Positions 1 to 16,027 of a stretch of 64,000 bases of DNA are shown here, piece after piece; position 1 is the stretch's first letter, and each line of letters opens with the position of its first letter. The notes beneath the pieces are model-generated. The model had not been told where the DNA came from and did no database searches. It worked only from the letters and a program-made list of their open reading frames with translations. The position numbers and the translations under genes are program-made. Source of the DNA: the human T2T-CHM13v2.0 reference genome, Homo sapiens; NCBI RefSeq assembly GCF_009914755.1, contig NC_060935.1; one strand, given 5' to 3'.

Positions 1-1308
1 AGATGTTCAATGCTTAATGAATGAGTAGGGAAAGCAGATGTTCAATGCTTAATGAATGAGTAGGGAAAGCAGATGTTCAATGCTTAATGAATGAGTAGGG
101 AAAGCAGATGTTCAATGCTTAATGAATGAGTAGGGAAAGCAGATGTTTAATGCTTAATGAATGAGTAGGGAAAGCAGATGTTCAATGCTTAATGAATGAG
201 TAGGGAAAGCAGATGTTGAATGCTTAATGAATGAGTAGGGAAAGCAGATGTTCAATGCTTAATGAATGAGTAGGGAAAGCAGATGTTCAATGCTTAATGA
301 ATGAGTAGGGAAAGCAGATGTTCAATGCTTAATGAATGAGTAGGGAAAGCAGATGTTCAATGCTTAATGAATGAGTAGGGAAAGCAGATGTTGAATGCTT
401 AATGAATGAGTAGGGAAAGCAGATGTTGAATGCTTAATGAATGAGTAGGGAAAGCAGATGTTCAATGCTTAATGAATGAGTAGGGAAAGCAGATGTTGAA
501 TGCTTAATGAATGAGTAGGGAAAGCAGATGTTGAATGCTTAATGAATGAGTAGGGAAAGCAGATGTTCAATGCTTAATGAATGAGTAGGGAAAGCAGATG
601 TTCAATGCTTAATGAATGAGTAGGGAAAGCAGATGTTCAGTGCTTAATGAATGAGTAGGGAAAGCAGATGTTCAGTGCTTAATGAATGAGTAGGGAAAGC
701 AGATGTTCAATGCTTAATGAATGAGTAGGGAAAGAAGATGTTCAATGCTTAATGAATGAGTAGGGAAAGCAGATGTTGAATGCTTAATGAATGAGTAGGG
801 AAAGCAGATGTTGAATGCTTAATGAGTAGGGAAAGCAGATGTTCAGTGCTTAATGAATGAGTAGGGAAAGCAGATGTTCAATGCTTAATGAATGAGTAGG
901 GAAAGCAGATGTTGAATGCTTAATGAATGAGTAGGGAAAGAAGATGTTCAATGCTTAATGAATGAGTAGGGAAAGCAGATGTTCAATGCTTAATGAATGA
1001 GTAGGGAAAGCAGATGTTCAATGCTTAATGAATGAGTAGGGAAAGCAGATGTTCAATGCTTAATGAGTAGGGAAAGCAGATGTTGAATGCTTAATGAATG
1101 AGTAGGGAAAGCAGATGTTCAATGCTTAATGAATGAGTAGGGAAAGCAGATGTTCAGTGCTTAATGAATGAGTAGGGAAAGCAGATGTTCAATGCTTAAT
1201 GAATGAGTAGGGAAAGAAGATGTTCAATGCTTAATGAGTAGGGAAAGCAGATGTTCAATGCTTAATGAATGAGTAGGGAAAGCAGATGTTCAATGCTTAA
1301 TGAATGAG
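1..1308. repeat. 35-bp minisatellite (VNTR) in a TECTA intron, ~37 copies visible, truncated by window start
   Basis: Tandem unit AGATGTTCAATGCTTAATGAATGAGTAGGGAAAGC with variants (TTG/TTT/TTCAG, GAAGAAG) and three 31-bp units lacking ATGA. Confidence 0.98.
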
Positions 1309-1989
1309 CTGCAAAATGGGTCCACTAAAGTATTTTGGGGTCAGTTGTTTCTCTCCAGCTGTGTGGAGGGCAGAGACAGCAGCAACTTCTACAAGTGGCT
1401 TGTAAGTCTGGGGACATGCAGGCCACTTCTCTTGTCTCTTCAGGTGCTAGACAGAGGAAAGGGCAGGTGTTTCATTGTTAATAGAAGATTCTAGTGCTTG
1501 GCGTCTGTGCTCACTCTAAGAAAGCCAGCCAGATAGCCATTCCTGCCTCTCTATGCCCTTTCCTTCAGTTTTTCTGATACCTAAATGTCAAGTCATCTCC
1601 TTGGGAGAGAGTTGGTGGTCTGGTTAAGAGGGAAGGTCAGTGTGAAGACTGAAGAGCTGTTACCACTTTAGAATCCTTGAGCCTGTTCAGATTATCCAAA
1701 TGAATAACAGTGTTAAGGAAAAGTATGGCATGTAAGTTTTTGTTTCAAAGCACTTCAGAGGCTATTGCCTTGAAAAGCAACTTGCATTTTGCCTAGAAGG
1801 CTAATTACAAAACATATTAAGTGTGGGAATGCTGAAGGATAACTTCAATTTTTAATTTTCCTTATTGCTAAGCTATTTAATCCTGTGGACTAGGGAAAGG
1901 AAATATAAGGAAAAGAGTCACCCTTTTTATCTTTATCATTTTAAAGAGCTTTTTAGCTCCTATGGGCCAGCCTTGGCTGTGGCAACACC

Positions 1990-2330
1990 ATTTGTTCACT
2001 CATTCATTCATCTGACAGAAGTTTTCAAATACATGCCACATGCCATGTAGTGCATTGGAGACACAGTAAGGAACATGACTTGGTTCCTGCACTCAAGGAG
2101 CTCAACAGAGGGCTGTTGGCAAACTCAGAAAAGGCCATTTGTTTGTGCCTGGTCCGGGCATGACTAGGGGACATTTATAGAAGAGAGGTTGCCGTAGAAC
2201 TGGTGTTGGAGAAAGGGCAGGAGTGATGCATTGGACAAAGAGCAGGAAGATCTTCCAGGTGGGGGAAACATTGCATGAAAAGACACAGGACTATAGGAGA
2301 CTCTGATGCATTTGGGGAACTATACATAAT
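1990..2330 (-). mobile_element. L2 LINE 3' fragment (approximate)
   Basis: TTCACTCATTCATTCAT tail followed by L2-like GTTCCTGCACTCAAGGAGCTCA. Confidence 0.55.
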
Positions 2331-2877
2331 TGAAGCAAGTTATCTGTGCCTGAGATATGTCTTGGCTGGGGTTGTCTCTTGGCTCAATGCCACAAGAAGG
2401 AAGGGGGCTGAGAAAAGTGGCAGTCAGCTACATCAAAACGACTCTGCAGCTCACCCCGACTGGTCTTCTTTCCCCTCCAGCTCCTACCTATTTTGACGCA
2501 TGGGAAGTATTCCCAACAGGGTTTGAGTCAGGGGCCCTTGCCAACATTGATAATTAACTGAAGAAAGTACAGAAGAAGTAAGAACGAATCTTGTGTTTAT
2601 TAAATTGGTATCGGTAGAACACAACATTATGAGGGGGCGGAATGAGAAACTGAAGCGTGGGGAAATTGAATGTGGTCCCTGCAGTCGTTTTGTTTTTAGT
2701 TGCAGTTAGGATACTAATTCAAGGTGGTGTTTGATGTTTCAAAACAAACTATGAAAACATGAGGGAGTGATAATAAATGACAAGCCCATGCAGTCCAGGG
2801 GTCACTTTCAAATGTAAAGGCATTTCTGCCATTTATGGTGGTTTTATGTGAAAAGTGAAATTTTGAACTGAAGGTGA

Positions 2878-3240
<363 letters not shown>

Positions 3241-3319
3241 TGAGAGAAAACGCAGGGAAATATATCTATTTACTCTTCTATCTCTGAATTGTCAACCAGT
3301 CATTGGCTTAACGCTAGAC

Positions 3320-3512
3320 TAGGGTTTCTCAAAGCTCGGCACTGTTGACGTTTTGGACTGAATAATTCTTTGTTGTGGAGGACTGTTCTGTGCACTGTAG
3401 GATGTTAGCAACATCCCTCACCTCTACCCATGGATACCAGTCACATCTTCCCCCAGTTTCAACACCCAAAATGTCTCCAGATGTTGCCAGTTGGCCTGGT
3501 TGAGAACCACTG
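3320..3512 (+). mobile_element. MER20 (hAT-Charlie DNA transposon)
   Basis: Termini TAGGGTTTCTCA / TGAGAACCACTG, MER20-like core, degenerate 8-bp TSD CGCTAGAC/CACTAGAG. Confidence 0.85.
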
Positions 3513-4184
3513 CACTAGAGTCTCAAGGAGCCAGGCGGCCTGACTCTAATGACCACTGGGCCAAGTTCCACTCCACTATAGAACCAAACTCTTGAGCTCA
3601 GGATACAATGTATCCAGGTGTCCTGCATCACACCTGATCTACATCAGACTCTGGAGGGGGTGAGGGATGAGGTAGCAAACCAATGATCTCTTCTGTGCCA
3701 GGCTTCCACCTCCACCACTTACGGGCTGGGTCCTTAAGATTTGATTGCACCAATACCTGGCCCCTAGCCTTTAACATTGCAGCTTTATGCTTACACCATA
3801 TTTGCAGAATCAAGATGTGAATTATGGTCAGAGCAACTTACAGATGATACTGCATACATTAGTGTCTGATGAGACACAGCAATCCTATTCCTGGGCAGGG
3901 AGCCTCTTTGAATCTAATTCCAGTGTGGATCAATCAGAAATGAAGGAGAGGTTTTTAAAAAGGAAAATTACTAATTCCAGTGTGGAGAGTGTATTTAATT
4001 CTGTTCAACATACAGCCTAGAGTCCCAGTGGATTCAATGATCAAGAATGCATTGGTTCTAATTAATCTGAGCCTCCATAATGCTTGAGGCCAGAGCCACT
4101 GCCTCTTTTAGAGGTGAAACATGGTGAAGAATAAGTTATCAGCTTAATTGTGTGAAAATTTCCCCCTGGTATTCTGTCTTGCAG

Positions 4185-4272
4185 ACTTGCCCACACAATT
4201 CCAGGATTGCCACAGATTACACAAAAGAGCCCAAAGAACAGATCATTTCAGTGGGACCTATTAGGAGAAAAA
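4185..4272 (+). CDS. TECTA: TECTA coding exon (88 bp), ends in tetrabasic cleavage site RRK|R
   Basis: ttgcag|ACTTGC...AGAAAAA|gtatgt; [29 protein letters not shown]; phase matches neighbouring exons. Confidence 0.97.
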
Positions 4273-4461
4273 GTATGTATGTTCCCTAAAACACACCCTA
4301 AATTATTAAAACAACGGGATTTCAAGGCTCAGATGTGTTTCACCTCTGATGTGGGTCCAGTGGACAAGGAGGCTGGTGTTGGGGACACCGGTTTGAGAAC
4401 ATCACCTGCTTCCTTAAAGACATCTTTTCATTTACTTATAAACATTCAGCAATGGCATTGA

Positions 4462-5293
<832 letters not shown>

Positions 5294-5352
5294 TAAGGTT
5301 GGGATTGGGATGCTTCCTCCAGCAAACAAGCCTTAGCATATGGTTTCCCTGA

Positions 5353-5632
<280 letters not shown>

Positions 5633-5782
5633 AGGACTCTCTTAAGATTGGATTAATTCTGCTACTTTGCTGCCTTAGGGCCATTTAGGTAAAATGGGTT
5701 CTTGGCAATGAAGTTTCCTTTCTTTAGCTGAGTGCTGCAAAGATGTCTGATCCCTATCAAACAGGTATTTTTCCCCCCATAG

Positions 5783-5911
<129 letters not shown>

Positions 5912-6595
5912 TTAACTCAAGGTTGCTATATAAAGTACTGTAATTTACTTACTTCAACACCCTGTAGGATAAAAAGTGTGTGCCCTTAAGTCAAAACCTA
6001 TTTGAAAGTGTCCAGCATCTCAAAATGATGCCACCTGCCTCCAATGGTCCAAGGTCCAGAAACCAGCGACCATCCAAGCTCCTCTTTCAGAGTATGAAAC
6101 GGGGCTTCTACAAGCCAGTTATGGAAAGTATCTCTCTTGTGTAAAATTCCCAAACAGTTGTCACTAGAGACTTTGGTTCACATGAAAAACCAGTAAAGGA
6201 AAAAAATTCTGGTTAGAGAAATCTGACTGGAAATCTGACCAGAGAAATCTGTCAAGCCAGTGCTATTTCTGGATCACAGTTTTTTACAGAGAGAGGGCCT
6301 GTTGGAACGATTTTGAAGTGATGACTGGAAGGTTTGACTCCCTCTAAGGAATCTTGCTGGTGTTTGGAAGTGTCCGATCTACGTTATGCACGTGTTCTGT
6401 CTATGAGGCGCTTCTCCACCCACTGTGTCCTTCAACCTTGCCATGGCAGCTTTGGCCACTGGGGATATTGTTGACCTGGGGAACCCCACCCACTCTCCTA
6501 CCCCCTCGAACCCAATCCCTTCTCTTTTTACAAATCAACCAAATACTTTTTAATGTGTTTTATCCTTAAATAAACTTTGTGTTCAAGTATTCTCA
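5912..6595 (+). other. TECTA: TECTA 3' UTR (end approximate)
   Basis: Repeat-free sequence from stop codon to the first AATAAA noticed downstream. Confidence 0.7.
6569..6574 (+). terminator. Candidate TECTA polyadenylation signal
   Basis: AATAAA preceded by a T-rich tract and followed by T/GT-rich sequence. Confidence 0.7.
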
Positions 6596-7383
6596 TTACT
6601 TGGTGGCTGGAATCATTCTTATTGATGTTAAGCTTTGTACACTAAATAGCATGCCATGAATTTTTTTTTTAAAGAAGTAGCAGCAATTGGACCAGGAAGG
6701 CACTGTTGGCCAGAACATTAATGCACCATTATATTGTTGTTCATGTGTACTTACAGAGCATTAGCAGAGCATTAAGGTTCGGTGTAGAAGAGAAGCAGGC
6801 AGCATCCTCTTTTGTAAGTGGTACAAAAACACGTATCTGCTATAATTAACTACAAAATGGAAGGCCTGCTAAATATATCCCTGGAGTGCTTTGCTTTCTA
6901 AGGGCAAAAACAAAGTAAAACCCACTTCAGGTTTATTTTGAAGTTGTCTTGGATTTAAACGGATAGCATTTTTATATTTTTCTGGGAACGCTGAAAAGCT
7001 GAGCAAAAATGCTTAGTGTTCTTTGAACATGAGTGTGAGTGAAATGGCCATTGTCTCATATGTCAAAGCACTGGCATCACACTGTCACTGGGCTGAAGAA
7101 GTGCGGTGTAGACTGAGTGTGCACTGAGCTGTTTTGTTCTCCCAGCCCCCTGGGAGAGTCAACACATTCGAGCTTATCTCAGCAGTCACACATGCTGTGC
7201 AGCTGAGCGGACAACTGGTATTGATGGAGAAAAATATGTGTCTGCTTCTGCTTGGCCATCTTAAGATCTTTTGGGGAAATGCTGAGCACTGAGATGGATT
7301 AAGGAGTCAAGCCATTGTCTATTCTAGCTGAGACACAGTACTTCGTCCTCAGCAAGATAGAAATGGATGTTAGGTGTGTGATC

Positions 7384-7678
7384 TTTTTTTTTTTGAGACG
7401 GAGTCTGGCTCTATCGCCCAGGCTGGAGTGCAGTGGCACGATCTTGGCTCACTGCAAGCTCTGCCTCCCAGATTCACGCCATTCTCCTGCCTCAGCCTCC
7501 CAGAATAGCTGGGACTACAGGCACCCGCCACCATGCCCCGCTAATGTTTTGTATTTTTTTAGTAGAGACGGGGTTTCACCATGTTAGCCAGGATGGTCTC
7601 AATCTCCTGACTTCGCAATCTGCCTGCCTCGGCCTCCCAAAGTGCTGGGATTACAGGCATGAGCCACTGCGCCTGCTC
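7384..7678 (-). mobile_element. Alu (Y/Sc type)
   Basis: Full antisense Alu, degenerate TSD TAGGTGTGTGATC/TAAGTGTGTGTTC. Confidence 0.9.
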
Positions 7679-7869
7679 TAAGTGTGTGTTCTTTGTTTGC
7701 ATGAAAACCTGGATTCCATACTATCCCATACTTCAAGATCAGAGGATTCAGATGAGCTTATGCACCATTTCCATTCATGCCATTAAAGGTTTAGGCTTTT
7801 GAAATCAAACAGATTATGAGCTAAATATAATAATGTGTCATTTATGGTTTTACCTGAGATCCTTAGATG

Positions 7870-8169
7870 ATTTTTTTTTTTCCCCTGAGACAGGGTCTCA
7901 CTCCTGTTGCCAAGGCTGGAGTCTATTAGCATGATCTTGGCTCATTGCAGCCTCGACTTTCTGTGCTCAAGTGATCCTACTACTTCAACCTTCTTAGTAG
8001 CTGGGACTACAGGCATGCACCACCATGCCCAGCTAATTTTTTATATTTTTAGTAGAGATGAGGTTTTACCATGTTGCCCAGGCTGGTCTCGAACTCCCGG
8101 GCTCAGGCAACCCACTCACCTTGGCCTCCTAAAGTGCTGGGATTATGGGCGTGAGCCAACACACCTGCC
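7870..8169 (-). mobile_element. AluJ
   Basis: Diverged antisense Alu flanked by TTAGATGA on both sides. Confidence 0.85.
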
Positions 8170-8431
8170 TTTTTAGATGAATTTTAACTGAAAACATACA
8201 AGGAGGAAATGGTGTATTACTTACTTGACAACACCTCTTTATTGATTCCCATATTAAAGTCATTAGAAATTCCTCGATTAAAAATTCTAGTTTTTTTTCT
8301 TAAAGCTTTTTACTTGAAATCCTTTTTGCCACACTTTCATTCTTGGCTTTTGGTTTTCTCACTTGGTTGGCATCCTTCACATGTCTACCATCAAGATAAA
8401 CCTGGTTGTAATGCCACAACAGAAAACCCCA

Positions 8432-8722
8432 GGCCAGGTGTGGTGGCTTATACCTATAATTCCGGCACTTTGGGAGACCCAGGCAGACAGATCACCTGAG
8501 CCCAGGATATTGAGACTAGCCTGAGCAACATAGTGAGAGCCCATCTCCACAAAAAAAATACAAAAATTAGCCAGGGGTGGTGGCGCATGCCTGTAGTCTC
8601 AGCTACTTGGGAGGCTCAGTTGGGAGGATCGCTTGAGCCTGGGCGGTTGAGGCTGCAGTGAGCCATGATCATGGCACTGCAATCCAGCCTGGACAACAGA
8701 ATGAGATTTTTGTCTCAAAAAA
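8432..8722 (+). mobile_element. AluJ, probably inserted in an old MLT1 LTR (~8380-9070)
   Basis: GGCCAGGTGTGG start, A-tail, flanks AGAAAACCCC/AGAACACCCC. Confidence 0.85.
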
Positions 8723-11700
8723 GGAGAACACCCCCACAATCTCAGTGACTTAACAAAGGTTTCTTTCTTACTCACACAAGTCGCCCCTGCTTTCATTGTC
8801 ATCCTGGAATGGAAGTTGCTGGAGGCTTTATTATCCTTCAATGTTGTCAGCTCAATGTGTGGCTTCAAGATTCACCTTTGCAAGGGAAGACAGCCTGGAG
8901 AATCCCACCGTAGCTCTTCCGTGCTTCTGCCTGAAGTGACACATATCGCTTCTGTTCCCACTTCATTGGTCAATGACAGCCAGATGGCTGTAACTGACTT
9001 TTAGAGATGAGGAAGCACAAACATCCCGTGTGCCTGGAAGGCAGAAGAACTGGAAATCAGTGGTGATGGTGCTCACATTGCCTTTGAGTCCGTCACTTCT
9101 ATCTGGATTAAAGAGAAATACTTCTACAGAACTGAAAACAAACGGGCCCTTTAGTTGACTTCCTGGAAGGCAGAAGAACTGAGAGATGATCCTGACTCTT
9201 CCACTAATTCTCTACTTGAAACACAAATTATTACATGCCTCAATACCTTAATTTTCCTCTAGGTAACATAAGAACATGAAGCTTCTTTTCATATGTTCTT
9301 ATGTCACAAAGTGGCACTAGACACTTGAACTGGGGAACCCCACCCACTCTCCTACCCCCTCGAACCCAATCCCTTCTCTTTTTACAAAGAGAAGCCATAT
9401 GATAGTATATGTTAAGATAACTTCAGAGCATTGCCTTTTCCTGCTGCTCTAAAAGATTTACTTGCGGGGTGAAGGGGTGAGAAAGTGCATGCTTAGCAAA
9501 GGTTGAAAACGAAGTTAATTGGGAATCTTATTGACTTGGTATTTGTTTGATATCAAAAGAAACATCTTGGGGTCTGACATTTGTGACCACTGGGAATTCT
9601 GTAATTAGTTTCTCAACCAGTAGTAGGTATGTATTCTACTCAAAATTCTAACGACAAAACTTGAGAGCGCTAATTGTTTAACATTGTCTAATATTCTAGC
9701 TATTTTTAGAACCATTTGACATTTAGTGGGAGCTTGAAATCTAATAAAATTTCTTTCAACCAGAGGAATTAAGTAATTATCAAAAGACAATCATGAAGGG
9801 CTAGGGTAATAAAAAATTACTTCTTTACTAATTCTGAATTAATTTACCATCCACCCTGTTTTGAACTTCCCAGCCTTTCTCCTAAAACTCAGGGGATCTC
9901 TACAGCTTGTACTTCATTGCAATTTGGGCCTGTTTAGAAGACCATGATGATATTTTGCAGTGCCCCATACGCTGACATCTGCAGCACAGTCCAGTGAAAA
10001 AGGAAATGAAACAGCGCCCTCTAGTGTCTGCTGTTTATTTTTGCATGAAGCTCAAATGTGTATTGAACCACACCAATCGAATTATGATTCCGGTCCCCCG
10101 CCCCACTACCACCCTGAAACCTTAGACGCAGGACATTATGAGAATATAGCTTTAGAAAACACATCAAATGCCAAGGACGTTTTCTGGAGAACAGTATGGG
10201 ATTTATTTTTATGCATACCGTACGCATTACTCCAGGAAATACCAGCACTTGGCATCCCATGCAAATTTTGCCCTTAATATCCGTTTCTCTAATGTGTTGA
10301 CAAAAATAGCTGTCAAGAAAAATTAAGTACCTCTTTAAGATGTTGAGAAATAAACAATCTGATCAAGAAAAACCCATGCAATATTTAGTGGTCTTTTCCC
10401 CCCAGCAGAATGTGAAATACTTTCACATGCACCTACAGCACAACGGCAATAACTCTGTTCTGACTAATGGAAGGCTCTGTTTGTGATGGTTTAATTATGT
10501 TTGCTGAAATACGACTCTCATATAAGACAACATCTCCATGGCAGAGGGACAGATCTCTGTGTCTATAGATAGAAATAAAATACAAAAGACTCATCATTCC
10601 ATGAAGAACTCAGCAATCAAATTCTATTTGCTAAGGAAACAAATGGAGGAAGAATGTTCACTGTACATTTCGTTGTGTGTTTCTGTTTGCATCTAGCCTC
10701 TAGGTTAGCTGTTGTTTTGTTCAGTAGCATAAGATACTGATGGTGAAATAATTTTGAAATTAAGATAGTCTCCTATTGGACGAAATAACAATCCCTTACA
10801 CAAATGTAGCATCTTTCATAACAAATGCTTTGCCACTGTATTTAATATTGTTCAGTCCTAGATCATGCTGCATTCTGACAGAGAAATTAGAGGAAAAGTA
10901 CTAAGTTGAAGTTATATATATCCAAAAGTACTAACTAAAGAAGAACATAAACCTACTCATATATGTATGCTTTTATGTGTAGGTTTATTTAATAATTTTT
11001 AACTTCTAATGAGACATATTAGAATGATAGTGACCTTTTGAGCCTTTTAAGAACAAACAAACTTAGAATTCTTTATTTTCTCCCCCTAACTTTTGAATTC
11101 CTTTGTGGAATACTTTAGGGTACAAAAATCCACCGATATTGCCCTATTTTAATTGGGCAAAAATACATTATTTTACTGAAAAAGATAACATTTAATTACT
11201 TTAAGGCTTGAAAACCTTTGCGTTGGATCAACCTAGTATTAGTGGAATTATTTAAATTTCAAGACTGTAGGCACATAGAAATTTGTTACTGAGTTAATTA
11301 TATGTTAACCAAAGGCAGAAAAAACAAGGTTCCTAGTATTTCCCTTTTATCTGCCAAAAACATTCTTAATTTAACAGGCCATCCTGGTCCTTAAATGTGG
11401 TTTATATAACTAGGTGGGTCATTCAAATCAAGAAGTTACAAGTGTGTATTTATTCACACTTTCCATGAGTCTCTACGTTGATGACTGCAAAATGCTGTTA
11501 AGGAATATCTGCAGCCGTGCAGGGGACGGAGTCTGCTCTCCTGAAAAGTCACGATCAGAAAGCAATTTGGCAAACTAATTCGACAAGGGGAAAATGACTT
11601 AACATATAATGCAGAAGCATCTAGGTGTCATATCAGAATATTCAAAGCATAAAATGAGAAAAAGGGCTGTGGATAGCACATAACCCAATTTTTTCCCCCT

Positions 11701-12546
11701 AAAAAAGCCCCATATTTGAAATGCTTACTTTGAATCTCCAAGAGAGAAGAAGAGTGGAAGTATTCTGAATATTAATTTAAGATTAGCAGGAATGTAGTGA
11801 GTCTAGAGATACTTGGCCACTATGGATTTTATTCATGTCTCCTGTTGTTAGCCTGTTCTATTTGTATTCTCAACCTGGTCATGTTGATACAAAATTACTT
11901 TCATTAGTTAATTTTAAGTAGAACCCCAAAACTAAGTTGACATTTGTATCTTGTTTAGACAAATTTCCCTGAAAACACAGGCTGCCTAAATCACAGGAAA
12001 ACATGTCTCCATCATACAAAGTTAAATGCTTCTTATTTTGAAGAATAGTTTCAGACAGTCACAACCCACAAGGACTTTGTTGTATTTCTAGGCATTATAC
12101 TCCAGAAACACAAATTCGGCAAAAGTCAACTTTCCAGGTAGATCCCCAAAGAGGCACCCCTAACTCTTGCAAACCAAGAGACCTCACGGCAACAACTATT
12201 TCTCTGTCCTCTGCCTTAGGGTTTTGCATACTTTGTTAGGAAGATACAACTGTAGAACTTTAATGTGTGGTGATTTGATAAATTTTACAATAAAATTTGT
12301 AAAATGTATGGTTGTATTTCTAAGTCTTCTACCAGAAAGTATCATTCTGAGGTGCTCTCATGTTATAGAAACAGCAACATAAACAACAACAAAACTCCTC
12401 ATCTTTGGGTCTGCTGTTAGAAGTGGGTTCTTTCAATGCCACCGCTAAAACATGCACTTGAGTCACTGATCACTGGCAAAGTCTGCTCTTATTGTTTTAT
12501 TTGTAAAACAATTCCCACATTACTTATCCCAACCCTATTGTAAGTT

Positions 12547-12856
<310 letters not shown>

Positions 12857-13501
12857 GAGTTTTTCCTTCTCACCAGAAGAATGTAAATGTACATGGGTTG
12901 GAAAAATGAGAGTGGCAGAACCTTTTAGTTTTGTGAAGGTAGCACAAGGATATTTTGTTCCTATATGTTGCAAAGTGCAGCTGAGGATGATGGAAGGAGT
13001 GCAGAGGGCCAGGGCTGTGGGTGGCCCCTGCATTGGCCTCAACTTCTCATGGAACCCTGAGTTAGCCAGGTGGGCCAGATGCCCTTGAAGGTACAGTCAG
13101 TCTCCTTCCAAAAATGTAAAAAAAAAAAAAAAAAAAGGAAATTCACTTTACTAAAACCCCTAAGCAGATTTTTATCAAAGATAGAGAAAATGATCTTAAT
13201 TCTGAGATATTTGGAAAATACTATCAGAAAGAAAACAATGAATCTCTCAGATTTAATTCAGTGAGTAAAAATCTACTGGAATCAAGAACTAAGAAATAAA
13301 ATATAAACACAGGATTGCCCTGAGGAAAAAAGTTTGAATTTAACAAAGTAATTCCTTGTAGACACTAAACCAATGTAAAGCAAGCAACCAAGGGCTTTGA
13401 TGCCACTGCCTTTAAATAAACACATGATTTCATAAATGGAAAAAAAGCTAAACTGATTACCTTGAAAAATGAGTAAATAAATATTAGAGCAAATCCATAG
13501 A

Positions 13502-13874
13502 TGTATTAGCTCGTTCTTGCACTGCTGTAAAGAACTACCTGAGACTGGGTAATTTATAAAGAGAAGGTGTCTAATTGGCTCACAGTTTAGCAGGCTGTAC
13601 AGGAAGTATGGTTGGGAGGCCGCAGGAAACTTACAATTGTGGCAGAAGGCAAAGCAGGCATTTCTTCACATGGCCAGAGCAAGAGGAAGAGAGAGAGCGG
13701 GAGGTGCTACTCACTTTTAAACAACTAGATCTCATGAGAACTTACTATCATGAGAACAGCAAGGGGGAAATCTGCCCCTATGATCCAATCCCCTCCCACC
13801 AGGTCCCTCCTCCAACACTGGGGATTACAATTCCACATGAGATTTGGGCGGGGACACAGACCCAAACCACATCA
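13502..13874 (-). mobile_element. MaLR solo LTR (MSTA type)
   Basis: TGTATTAG...AAACCACATCA termini, TSD ATAGA/ATAGG. Confidence 0.88.
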
Positions 13875-14417
13875 ATAGGATACTAAGAAACACCAGTAAT
13901 TTCCCCCGAGGATGCTGCGAAACAAGTTCCTTGGCCATTCCTTTAGCTATAAAGTCCCAGTTATTAAGGACATTAAGGTTCCATTTTATTTTTGCATTTT
14001 TGTGTGTATGCGTGTGTGTGTAACTTAAAGCTTCAGGGTAAAAGTTGATGAATCTTAAAATTTTTAGTATTTAGCTCTAAAATTTTATTCTCCAAAACAC
14101 ATCAATATTTAGCAAAGGTTCTATTTTATTTTCCCAAAGTTAGATGGCACTAGAGTTTTGTTATTCAAAATCCATTCATCTCCATTTATTAGGCTTTCAG
14201 ATTCTGAGAACTTCTTCGGCTTCCTCTGCCAGCTTGTCTACCTTTGTCATGATAATACTCAAAACTTGAGATTCAGAAAAGAAATTCTGACTTTTTAAAT
14301 GAAAGAAATATGGACCTCTCAAACTGATCTCAAAGAAAAATGGGACCCAAGACTTTCATTAAACCACATGAAATAGAGCACTTGGCAAATGCTGGATAAC
14401 AAAGTCCTCTGGGGGGA

Positions 14418-14431
14418 AAGAAAGAAAGAAA

Positions 14432-14491
<60 letters not shown>

Positions 14492-14497
14492 AAAGAA
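14418..14497. repeat. (GAAA)n microsatellite
   Basis: Directly visible tetranucleotide run. Confidence 0.97.
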
Positions 14498-15387
14498 ATT
14501 CTCATGAGTAAAAATCAGTGTTTTTACCTTTATGTTGTTGTTTGGGCAGAATTGATAAACTGAATCAAATTTCTCTTTAAAAGCAATTTAGAAAAGAATG
14601 AGTGTGCTGCTATATTCCTCTTATAAAAAGAAGTTTACTGTGGTAGGAAATGTAAATTCATGAGCCAAACACAAATTCCAAGAATGGCATCAACTTCAAC
14701 CTGGGATTCTAGCTGTTCTTTGCTATAGTCGTAAAGTGTAAACTCAGTGGAAATTCTGAGCCTGATACATCTAGATTTAGAGCCTGTGTGTGGATTCCTA
14801 GGGGCCCTTTCTGAGGCAGCTCTCCTGCCTACTCCCCCTCTGTTTAATCAGCATTCGATGACTTCACGTGTCAGTCTGGCTCCTCTGGACTATGTCAGGA
14901 TTTAGAAACAGTCAAAAAAAAAAAAAAAAAACACACACACAAAAAAAACACCAAACCTGATTAGTTGACCCTAAAGATTAGAGTCTTTCAGTCAACTAAA
15001 GAATTAAGACTTTTATTTTAAAAGAACCTGTTATTGTTTATTTACCATACACTAAGCCCGGTGATGAGGGTTTAGCATCTATTATTTCCTTGAGTCCCCT
15101 TCAGTGACCTTAAAAAATGGTTATTTCCTGTTTTTATAAATGAAGAAACAGTGATTCAAAGAAGTTAAGTAACTTGCACAGGCCATTTTATTTGATTTCA
15201 TAGAATTTTTGATGGAGTTGAAAGAATCACTGCAAGGGACCTTGTCTGGGCATCTCAGTAAACAAAATGTGAAATATAGTAGAATTTATGTTATGCAGCG
15301 TCACTGTCAGTTTGGAGGAGAGAGGTCCATCAAGCACACTATTGCCAGCAGAAGCTTATCATAGGGATTATCAAATTTCAAAAGAGC

Positions 15388-16027
<640 letters not shown>

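Noticed and set aside
1-1308. CRISPR-like array of 35-bp repeats
   Set aside because: Units are contiguous with no unique spacers, there are no cas genes, and the context is human intron; it is a minisatellite
3914-3987. 16-bp direct repeat CTAATTCCAGTGTGGA
   Set aside because: Small local duplication, nothing recognisable between the copies
9033-9181. 20-bp direct repeat CCTGGAAGGCAGAAGAACTG
   Set aside because: Real but short, at the edge of an old MLT1 element; no evidence of function
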